Below, in pieces: positions 8,224 to 16,537 of a DNA stretch of 33,175 nucleotides. The translations under genes were made by a program, and so were the position numbers. Origin of the DNA: a virus (Duplodnaviria; Heunggongvirae; Uroviricota; Caudoviricetes); IMG/VR virus record IMGVR_UViG_3300035034_003552; one strand, 5' to 3'. Under the pieces are notes generated by a model. That model worked only from the letters and a program-made list of their open reading frames with translations. It was not told the origin of the DNA and made no database searches. Each line of letters opens with the position of its first letter. Positions within the stretch are counted from its first letter, which is position 1.

Positions 8224-9465
8224 ATGGGTAATCTCACAAAACAGCTTAAGAATACATATCAGTCTTATTCTGGGGTTGATATAATCGCAACATTAAATAT
8301 ACCAGGACATGGTGCCCTGACTGTAGGAGAACTGCAGACAGTAAGTTATTCTACACACAGAGAAAAGTGGCCAGTAAGAGCTTTGGGGCATACCAAAACT
8401 AAAGGTTACACTTATGGACCGCGGACTGTAGCAGGGAATTTAATATTTACTGTTTTTGATCACCATGTTTTTTACAGATTATTAAAGAAAACAGAAGCGA
8501 AAAATACCAGAATTCTATCAGACGAACTACCACCCTTTGATATAGTAATATCATTTGGTTCAGAATATAGTAAAAAATCTAAGATGGTAATAAAAGGTGT
8601 AACAATCGTAGATGAAGGACAGGTAATGAGTATCAACGACATGATAACAGAGAACACGATGTCTTTTGTTGCAAGAGATGTTGACCTCATGAAACCTATA
8701 GATTCAGCTTATCATTCAAGTGTAGATAACGTTGACAGAAATAGTATATATAATCAATTATCAACAGAAGTAAAAACTGAGCCTCAAAAAACAAATGACA
8801 AAATAACATACAACAAGGGGCCAACCGGCAGTCTTACTGGAACAGTAGAAACAGATGATAAACCAGCACATGGACTAAGGGTATCACTTACCTCTGAGGA
8901 AGCCGGGAGAAAAGAAACAGTATTTACCCAGAAAGATGGAAGGTTCACTTTTAAAGACACCTTACCTGCAACCTGGGACCTGGAAATAGACAAGCCCGGT
9001 TATGAAGATTATGAAGACAGGATAGAGATAAAGGCTAATAAAACTAAAGAACTCGGTAAACTGATACTAAGTAAGAATTTCAGTAATGTTGCTGAGATAA
9101 GACCTTCTGAGAATATGGATACAGATAAGAATATAGGCGGCTTTAGGGAAAGAGATGTAACACTAGAAGCCGAGACTATTTCAGAATATGGCTTTTCTGT
9201 TCCTAATATCATGGTCCAATGGGATATAAAAATAGATACAAAATCACAGGAAATTATAGATGAGTACGGAAAAGAATGGGTCTATTATGGTATCCATGAA
9301 ACAAATAATGATGGAATATCGAAAAACACCATAGACATACCTGAAAAGCTCGATCCCGGTGACAGCATAAACGTCAGGGTTAAGGTAATAGGAGATTATA
9401 TAGATTCCGTAAAGCCGTTTATGTTCACTATAAGAATCGAAGAAGGTGATGCTATTGGCAGGTAA
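8224..9465 (+). CDS. Tail tube-like paralog with C-terminal carboxypeptidase-regulatory-like and Ig-like domains
   Basis: N-terminal about 155 aa match the tube ('YSGVDIIAT...VGELQTVSYSTHREK...RTVAGNLIFTVF'). Followed by 'GSLTGTV...FTQKDGRFTFKDTLPATWDLEIDKPGYEDY'. Confidence 0.8.
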   Translation: MGNLTKQLKNTYQSYSGVDIIATLNIPGHGALTVGELQTVSYSTHREKWPVRALGHTKTKGYTYGPRTVAGNLIFTVFDHHVFYRLLKKTEAKNTRILSDELPPFDIVISFGSEYSKKSKMVIKGVTIVDEGQVMSINDMITENTMSFVARDVDLMKPIDSAYHSSVDNVDRNSIYNQLSTEVKTEPQKTNDKITYNKGPTGSLTGTVETDDKPAHGLRVSLTSEEAGRKETVFTQKDGRFTFKDTLPATWDLEIDKPGYEDYEDRIEIKANKTKELGKLILSKNFSNVAEIRPSENMDTDKNIGGFRERDVTLEAETISEYGFSVPNIMVQWDIKIDTKSQEIIDEYGKEWVYYGIHETNNDGISKNTIDIPEKLDPGDSINVRVKVIGDYIDSVKPFMFTIRIEEGDAIGR

Positions 9466-10168
9466 TACAAAAATATACCCAGAAGAATACTTTTCCTCCG
9501 CTGATGTTGGAATTTATATAGGAAACACTCTAATAGATGAGGTTAATACAATCTCATTTCAGCTGCAGGAGAATGTTCAACCAATCTCTGGTTATGCAAG
9601 CAGAACCTATGATGCAATAGCTCGCGGGAAAAGGAAGATAACAGGTAGTTTTTCTATTAATTTTAAAAGAAATAACTATCTTAACAATATACTACAAGAA
9701 TATATATCAAAGAAAATAGGGACAACTAAAAAACAGGTAGATACCTTAAGAAGAGAAAACTATTTATCCCCTGGAACAGGGCAGGATCTTAAATCCCTAC
9801 TCGAAAAGTCAGAAAATGATGAAGAAGTCCAGGCGATACTAGAAAAAAGAAGAGAAGAATATTGGGAAGCAGAAGAAGTTGATTCAGTTGAAGCTGATGA
9901 AGACACACCTTACTTTTTTGGCTATGATCCTGACAATTTCCCCGGTTCAGAAAAAGAAGCCTATGAGCAGTATGAAAAACTGAAAGAAATAGGTTTTACC
10001 ATAGAGATACAGTATGGAGATAAAAGTAATAGGCCGGGAATGTTAAATAATGAAGCTGTTCGTAAGATATATGGCGTACAACTGGCAGGATTAGGCCAGC
10101 GTATAAACCTAGAAGGACAGCCAGTTAGAGAGGTTTATTCTTTTATGGCCAAAGATTTAAGCAGATAG
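9446..10168 (+). CDS. Third tail tube-like paralog (possible tube initiator); start may be ATG 9449 or TTG 9455
   Basis: 'YFSSADVGIYIGNTLIDEVNTISFQLQENVQPISGYASRTYDAIARGKRKITGSFSINF' and 'IYGVQL...VREVYSFMAKDL' mirror the tube N- and C-terminal motifs, with an acidic insertion between them. Confidence 0.7.
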   Translation: MMLLAGNTKIYPEEYFSSADVGIYIGNTLIDEVNTISFQLQENVQPISGYASRTYDAIARGKRKITGSFSINFKRNNYLNNILQEYISKKIGTTKKQVDTLRRENYLSPGTGQDLKSLLEKSENDEEVQAILEKRREEYWEAEEVDSVEADEDTPYFFGYDPDNFPGSEKEAYEQYEKLKEIGFTIEIQYGDKSNRPGMLNNEAVRKIYGVQLAGLGQRINLEGQPVREVYSFMAKDLSR

Positions 10169-10207
10169 TAGTACTAAATAATATATTAAAAAAAGGAGAG
10201 GTTCAAG

Positions 10208-10555
10208 ATGGCAGAAGAAACTAAAACAGAACAGATTTTTCCAGGTGGTCCAACTAAAGAACAGGTAGCAGGATGGAAGACAGAACATAATGATAAAGTA
10301 TATATGAGTGAATTTGAGGACCAGGCATTTATCTGGCGTCCTCTAACACGATTTGAATATAAATCAATACTTAAATTGCAAAATGCAGATGCATTATTTA
10401 GAGAAGAAAGAATATGTGAAACATGTATTCTATACCCAGAAGGTTATAACTATGACAATATGGCGGAAGGTGAAGCTGGTGTTCCGAGTCTGTTGGCAGA
10501 ACAGATAATGGATGCTTCAGGATTTACTAGCTCAGGTGCTGCAAAAAAGCTCTAA
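10208..10555 (+). CDS. Tail assembly chaperone (gpG-like), 115 aa
   Basis: RBS AAGGAG. Small acidic protein ('FIWRPLTRFEY...GVPSLLAEQIMDASGF') between the tube genes and the TMP. Ends in a slippery site. Confidence 0.8.
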   Translation: MAEETKTEQIFPGGPTKEQVAGWKTEHNDKVYMSEFEDQAFIWRPLTRFEYKSILKLQNADALFREERICETCILYPEGYNYDNMAEGEAGVPSLLAEQIMDASGFTSSGAAKKL

Positions 10556-10887
10556 ACTACTATCGCGATGAGGTCGAAAATTTCGAGTCTCAGGCGGAAT
10601 GTTTAATCAAAGAAGCTTTCCCAAATACTTCTTTCGAAGAAATGCAGCATTGGACAATAGATGAATTCATGCACCATCTAGCAAGAGCAGAATGGATATT
10701 AGAAAATCTAAGAGGAATTGAATTAGAAGAAGAGACAGATAATAACAACCAGACACAGGATAAAGATAAGCTCGCAAGAGAACTCGTAAAAGAAGGACGA
10801 GATCCCATGTTCGAGCTTTATTCACCAGATAAAGAAAATAGTAACGAACCAGATATCCAAGGGATTGACTGGAGAGGAGAACTATAA
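10208..10887 (+). CDS. Frameshifted tail assembly chaperone (gpGT-like), about 226 aa; includes ORF 10642..10887
   Basis: The -1 frame reads ...AKKALNYYRDEVENFESQAECLIKEAFPNTSFEEMQHW... and runs into the 81-aa ORF, which has no obvious RBS of its own. Confidence 0.8.
10543..10549 (+). other. Programmed -1 ribosomal frameshift site A AAA AAG
   Basis: gc-A AAA AAG-ctc-taa. The -1 frame is stop-free from 10543 into the ORF ending at 10887. Confidence 0.85.
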
Positions 10888-10910
10888 AAGAGAGGAGTTA
10901 ACTAATACTT

Positions 10911-13900
10911 ATGCCACCATACGAAAACAGTAATAGGCAGTATTTAGCAGATGACTCTGATCATACTAGTTCTTCAGAAGCACGAGATAGGTTACAGCAG
11001 AAAGAGGGAAGTATTCTCTCACCGCTCTTAAAGATAGGAGCGGTAGCTGCTGGAGCTTATGGTGCTTACCGGTCAGGGCTACTACAAGCCCCCCTTGGAT
11101 TTGTTACTAAACAGGCGGGGCAATATAGATCAAGATATGTTGACGGACCTGTTTCGGGAATAAAAAGATGGGTAAATAATTTCGGCGCAGAAAACGGAAA
11201 ACCCTTAATAGATGAAGTATCTGAAGAGATGAGTAGAAGAGCAGCTAAGGAAAGTGATGAGCTTCATGGTAGAATAAGCAATTTTGAAGAACTGCTATTC
11301 GAGAAAGAAAGAACCATAAGACAGACAGAAGATGTAGTAAAAACAGAACTAAGATACAAAGAAACAATGGACTATCTAAATAAGGAAATGTCTGATGACG
11401 GATTAAGTCAGCTAGAAGAAGAACTAAGAGACGGCCCTTCTGGCATGAAGCAATTATTAAATGATGCCGATTTAGATACCAGACTTAACAAAAAACTTAA
11501 TGATACAGATTATAATACCTACCTAAATAGGCCAGAATATTCAGCAGGCACAAGTGAGCTAGAAGAAAAAATAATAGCAAAGAATAAAAGGTTTATAGAA
11601 AAACAGTATCAGGAAGAAATGAACCGTAAATTTGCAGGAGATAGTGGTCGAGTTAAACAGACTACTGGCCTGGATAAGCTTACAGTAAAAGATTTATATG
11701 ATAGGAATTTAATTGGCCAGGAAGGTACCATAACAACAAAAAGTGGACTGGAAGAGTTTGACGCCAGAAAAGCTGTAGAGAAGTTAGCAGAAGATAATCC
11801 AGATGTATGGAATATGGCAGCCGGCAAAGGATTGTTAAAAGAAGAAACTGGAGATGTAGTAGACTTAAGGGGCATAGGGGAAACAGGAAGTAAGGTAATG
11901 AACTCTCTTACTTATGATTTTAAAATACCCTTTGTAAACTTTAACCCACTACAGATGCTTCATCTGCAAGATTTTAAGATGAAAAGGGAAGCACCCAGCT
12001 TCTCAATACTATCTGCTGGGCAGAGACAACCTGTAATATCAAGTAACAAGATGGATGAATCATTGCTATATGCTGGCGGTTCGGTACAGAGAATATTAAA
12101 GCCGGATGATGGTCCAATAGCAACAGACACCTATCTTACTTCAAATAGATTCGGTTTAATGTCAAGAACTATGAATGAGTTGTCAGGCAATAGTACCATG
12201 CCAAAACAGCAAAGAGAAGAAGGCTTTGGGAAATTTGTTGATAAAGTAAAGAATACTTTTGATATTTTTCAGCAGGATCAACCTAGTCTTTTTAAGGAAT
12301 ACAAGTCAGCCTTTTCTAAATTCAACAATGATGACTGGGTTAAAAATCAAACAGCAGATTTAATAAACGGAAATAAGTTTGATGATCCAGAAAAAGCAGT
12401 AGGGAACATAAGAGGTTTTCTAGATTCGCGCTCAAAAGGATTTAGAGGAGAAGTCTGGGACGCATTAGATGATGATATATCAAATGTATTCCACGACATA
12501 GACAACATAGACCTAAGAGATGACGATGAAGTAATAAACCTGTTAAGAAAGTTTGCAACTGACAGAAATACTCAAGTTTCTGATAAATACAGGGCAAGAT
12601 TTAAAGGATTATGGAATAGGTATGCAAAAGACCCACAGCGGTTTAAAGATGGTAAGAGAGTATTAAGTAATAAATCAGCAATAGATAGACTTCAAAATAC
12701 AGAAATGATATCTAATGTTGACGATGCTAGAAAGTTAATCTCGAAAGAGTTTACTTATAGATATGGAACGGATAATTCGGATCAGCTGATAAAACAACTC
12801 AGTAGGGCAAAAAAGAACAAAGAGATAACAGTATCTGGATACAGAGAAGCGGTAGAAACTATAACATCTACTAACTTCGATGATATAAGCACTCCAGACT
12901 TCAAACAGACCAAAGAAGATGCGATTAGACAAACAGTCAATTTCTTTGGTTCAGAGAGTAAAAAGGCAAAGCAGAAACGCAAAAACTTAATGGATGTTGT
13001 AAATCAGCATTCTAAATTCTGGCAAAAAGGTCCTTCAGGCCTAAAGAAGAATCTGCCAAAATCAGACTGGTTGATAATGAATAAATCAGTAACACCAGCT
13101 GACGCCATAAAGAGCAAAGAGGGAGCCTCTAAATTTGTAGGACAATTCTTTGCAGGCAGAGACAATATGCAGGATGTTACTACAGCGACCACTCTACCTT
13201 TTTATATGTTCGAGAGACTCAACAGGGGTCTAGGTATGTTTGGTATGGGTTTATCGGGTCGCAGTATGAGCTCCCCCCAGGCTATGTACGGCAATCTCAT
13301 GACCAAAAGGGTTCTACCGGTCGTTGGAGTAATGGCAGGGGCTAAGTACGCCTCTTACGAGTACGAGAAGGCAACAGGTAAAGACCTTGATGATGAGTTT
13401 GCAGACTTGGGCGCAAGGGCGAAATTAGACTTTGCAAGATTAAGAGATAAAACGGGAGCAACAGACGCTTTTAAAAGACTTGATATGCTCACACCGGGTA
13501 ATGAGAATATATCAGAATTCCCTGGAATAAACTTTTTAGATTATGCAAAAACCGAAGAAGAAGTAAAAGAAGATCTAACAACTGGCCGGGAACCCGTAAG
13601 AAAAGGTAGATACTGGCCATTTGGAAACACTCCATTCATAGGTGATAGAACAGAGTATTTTGTACCCAACTGGTATAGAAGAGCAAAGAGTGACTATGAA
13701 TATACAGACGTAAAATACGGTTCAAAAGATGAATACTGGGAAAACAGTGCGATACCTACACCAAGACACCCAACCTCACCAATAAAACATTTTATAACAG
13801 ACCAGTACCATTATGAAAAGAAGCATTATAATAGAAGACCTTATCCTAAAACAGGCAAGATGGGGTATGAAATACCACTAATAGGGCCAGCAGTATCAGC

Positions 13901-16526
13901 AACCATAGGGGAGATTATAAAACCCCAAAAAGATATGCACCTTGAAGATATGCAGCAGGGAGCTGGCAGTGCTGATGGTGAGAGTACTGGTAGTAATGCT
14001 GGCAGAGTTGCTGTTAAAAGTGATGGCAAGACTACTGACAGGGTTACTGGTAAATATACTGGTGGAACCGAAGAGGAAAGCCACATACCAGAGGGGGAGA
14101 GTGTCTATTATGTTCCTCCTTCCAGTATGCCAGAAAAAAGAAAGATGGTATCCAAAGGTAAAATAAGCATTGAAGAAATAAATAGACAGATCAAAGAAGA
14201 TGCCAAGAACAAAAACTTCATCACAATGAGACCACCTTATATGGATGATGATGTTGAGACTGCACCTGTTGAATCAGGAGATCCAAACTCAGCAGAATAC
14301 ACAGCAAGCGAAACCTACTATCGTGCCTCTGAAATGGCAGGTTTTTACGGGTTTGGGATTAGTGAAGTGACAGGACAGGGCGGAATAGAAAAACCAGTTC
14401 TGGCCAGTGCAGATGATATGAACTCCTATAGAAGAGGATTCTGGGATATGAACCTCGGTGGACTAGGTGGTGAGTTATCTGAGATAGTAAGAAGATTTAT
14501 TCCAAATAGACCCTACGGTCAAAAAGAAGCACAGATTAACCACATAAGAAATGAAATGCCAAACTGGATGCCCGGCAGTGATTACTTTAAGAACTTTAAA
14601 GAGGGAGATCCATTTACTAAAATCCCTAGAGGAGAAGCAAGGCTACCAGGTGAGGGTTATGAATCATTAAACGAATTACATCCAGATGAGTACGGAGAAG
14701 AATACGGCTCATACGATAGATTCAAGATCTTAGCGGATGTTGCCCCATATAGTCAAGAATACCAATACTATCGGGAAATAATTGAAAACAATGATGACCT
14801 ACCAGAAGAACTCAAAAAAGAAGCGGCACAGATAAAAAGAGAAGTATCAGAGAGGAAAAAGGACAGAAAGTTTCATCCTTATAGATTCCAGACTTCAAAC
14901 ATCAAAAAAGAAGAAGTTACGATTGAAAAAGTATTAGACTCTAATAATTACATGGTTGAAGAGTATCCAGATACGCCCATAAGATTAGCTGGATTACATG
15001 TGAGTACTGCAAAGAACAATGAAAAAGCCGAAAAAGCCAAGGAGTACTTAAACAAAAGAATTGAAGAGAGCGATAAAGTAACTATAGGTATTAATGAAGA
15101 TAAACTAAATAGAGTCAGAGATGATACCTATGGTACGATGCATGCTGTTATATATTCTGATGGAGAAAATATAAACAGAGAACTGATAGAAAAAGAACTA
15201 GCCAAGGAAAAAGAGAGCGATTATTCCCCAGAAGCAGTACATGCAAGATTCTCCAAATCAGAAATAGCAGTGGGTAAAGCGTGGGAACAGTTTGCTCACA
15301 TGGACACTCCCGCTCATACAAAGTACATGCAGGTAAGATCACCATTAGAGTCCTATAAAAGAAGAGACGTATATGGTAAGGACTGGCAGAGTTGGTCTGA
15401 GCCAGTTGATGACTTCTTAAAACCTACTTATGACAAGTTCATTACAAGAAATCCAGTTAAGGCAACTGTTGCCGGTGCTTTCATTGGTAGTCTATTCGGA
15501 AGAACTAAAAGAGGTAAAGCAATAGGCGCAATCGCAGGTGCCCTGACAATAGGAATAGGCTCTTTAACCAGAAGTATCAAAGAAAGAACTACTGGAGAAA
15601 AATGGGTACCAGAACGGGTTGAGAAAAAAAGAGAAATCAACAAGTATTTTGACATATTAGAATACGTAAAATATAAAGGACTATACGAAAAAACTATTGA
15701 TGAAGCCGAAGATGCAGGTATAGATGCTGAAGGAAAGATAGAAGAATATGCAAAAAGCGGCGAAGAGATCAAAATAGAGCGAAAGAAATTAACTAAAAAG
15801 AAAAGAGAGCTTTATAGAAAAGGAACATCTAAAGCAGAAGCAGAGATATCAAAGATAAATAAGAGGCTTAAGGAGCTATCCAAAGAGCGGAAAAAAGTAA
15901 CCAAGTTAGATGATTACACAGCTCAGGCTCTAGAATACAGAAATGAATATGAGTCAACACTCCAAGGAGCAGACCTAGGTGGATCACTTCAGAAATTATT
16001 CGGGGCAATACCAGATCCAGAGAGGTCGTATTTTACTGACTTCCTTGAAGCACCAGAAGAAGACAGAGACGAGATCGGAGAATTAGTACCAGATAATTTA
16101 AGAAGAATACTCCAGGCACATTGGGGTAAGGAACCAGATGAAAAGACCGACTTAAAATCTTACTTTAAAAAATACAAACTACCAGATAAAGACTGGCGCG
16201 GCTGGGAAGAATCAAACAGTCTTGATGACATAAAGCTTAAAGTAGTACAAAGTGAGAACGAAAACATGATTGAGTATGGTTACTGGGATGATGATATTGA
16301 GCAGGCAGACCTGAAAGGTGCAGAGCCTGTTGACTATGATGAAGGCACAAGTGTCTCAGAACTTAGAAAAAATCTCCAGGAGGTATTAGAAGGAGAAGGG
16401 CTATCAGATGTATCCATAGAAGTAGGGTCCTCAAATACTAATGGAGATAGATTTGATATTAATATAGAAAAGGACAGACGAGAAGAAATAAAACAGAAAC
16501 TAAATGAAGAAGGAATTAAATTTTAA
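10911..16526 (+). CDS. Tape-measure-like protein (1871 aa) with Gly/Ala hydrophobic segments and a degenerate SNase-fold domain
   Basis: Directly follows the G/GT chaperone. Largely helical. Hydrophobic segments near 11013..11069, 13310..13360 and 15450..15570. SNase-like domain at about 14910..15210. Confidence 0.72.
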   Translation: MPPYENSNRQYLADDSDHTSSSEARDRLQQKEGSILSPLLKIGAVAAGAYGAYRSGLLQAPLGFVTKQAGQYRSRYVDGPVSGIKRWVNNFGAENGKPLIDEVSEEMSRRAAKESDELHGRISNFEELLFEKERTIRQTEDVVKTELRYKETMDYLNKEMSDDGLSQLEEELRDGPSGMKQLLNDADLDTRLNKKLNDTDYNTYLNRPEYSAGTSELEEKIIAKNKRFIEKQYQEEMNRKFAGDSGRVKQTTGLDKLTVKDLYDRNLIGQEGTITTKSGLEEFDARKAVEKLAEDNPDVWNMAAGKGLLKEETGDVVDLRGIGETGSKVMNSLTYDFKIPFVNFNPLQMLHLQDFKMKREAPSFSILSAGQRQPVISSNKMDESLLYAGGSVQRILKPDDGPIATDTYLTSNRFGLMSRTMNELSGNSTMPKQQREEGFGKFVDKVKNTFDIFQQDQPSLFKEYKSAFSKFNNDDWVKNQTADLINGNKFDDPEKAVGNIRGFLDSRSKGFRGEVWDALDDDISNVFHDIDNIDLRDDDEVINLLRKFATDRNTQVSDKYRARFKGLWNRYAKDPQRFKDGKRVLSNKSAIDRLQNTEMISNVDDARKLISKEFTYRYGTDNSDQLIKQLSRAKKNKEITVSGYREAVETITSTNFDDISTPDFKQTKEDAIRQTVNFFGSESKKAKQKRKNLMDVVNQHSKFWQKGPSGLKKNLPKSDWLIMNKSVTPADAIKSKEGASKFVGQFFAGRDNMQDVTTATTLPFYMFERLNRGLGMFGMGLSGRSMSSPQAMYGNLMTKRVLPVVGVMAGAKYASYEYEKATGKDLDDEFADLGARAKLDFARLRDKTGATDAFKRLDMLTPGNENISEFPGINFLDYAKTEEEVKEDLTTGREPVRKGRYWPFGNTPFIGDRTEYFVPNWYRRAKSDYEYTDVKYGSKDEYWENSAIPTPRHPTSPIKHFITDQYHYEKKHYNRRPYPKTGKMGYEIPLIGPAVSATIGEIIKPQKDMHLEDMQQGAGSADGESTGSNAGRVAVKSDGKTTDRVTGKYTGGTEEESHIPEGESVYYVPPSSMPEKRKMVSKGKISIEEINRQIKEDAKNKNFITMRPPYMDDDVETAPVESGDPNSAEYTASETYYRASEMAGFYGFGISEVTGQGGIEKPVLASADDMNSYRRGFWDMNLGGLGGELSEIVRRFIPNRPYGQKEAQINHIRNEMPNWMPGSDYFKNFKEGDPFTKIPRGEARLPGEGYESLNELHPDEYGEEYGSYDRFKILADVAPYSQEYQYYREIIENNDDLPEELKKEAAQIKREVSERKKDRKFHPYRFQTSNIKKEEVTIEKVLDSNNYMVEEYPDTPIRLAGLHVSTAKNNEKAEKAKEYLNKRIEESDKVTIGINEDKLNRVRDDTYGTMHAVIYSDGENINRELIEKELAKEKESDYSPEAVHARFSKSEIAVGKAWEQFAHMDTPAHTKYMQVRSPLESYKRRDVYGKDWQSWSEPVDDFLKPTYDKFITRNPVKATVAGAFIGSLFGRTKRGKAIGAIAGALTIGIGSLTRSIKERTTGEKWVPERVEKKREINKYFDILEYVKYKGLYEKTIDEAEDAGIDAEGKIEEYAKSGEEIKIERKKLTKKKRELYRKGTSKAEAEISKINKRLKELSKERKKVTKLDDYTAQALEYRNEYESTLQGADLGGSLQKLFGAIPDPERSYFTDFLEAPEEDRDEIGELVPDNLRRILQAHWGKEPDEKTDLKSYFKKYKLPDKDWRGWEESNSLDDIKLKVVQSENENMIEYGYWDDDIEQADLKGAEPVDYDEGTSVSELRKNLQEVLEGEGLSDVSIEVGSSNTNGDRFDINIEKDRREEIKQKLNEEGIKF

Positions 16527-16537
16527 GGGGTGTAAGT

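Noticed and set aside
10642-10887. Independent 81-aa gene
   Set aside because: No clear RBS, and the frame is open back to the slippery site, so it is better explained as the frameshift extension.
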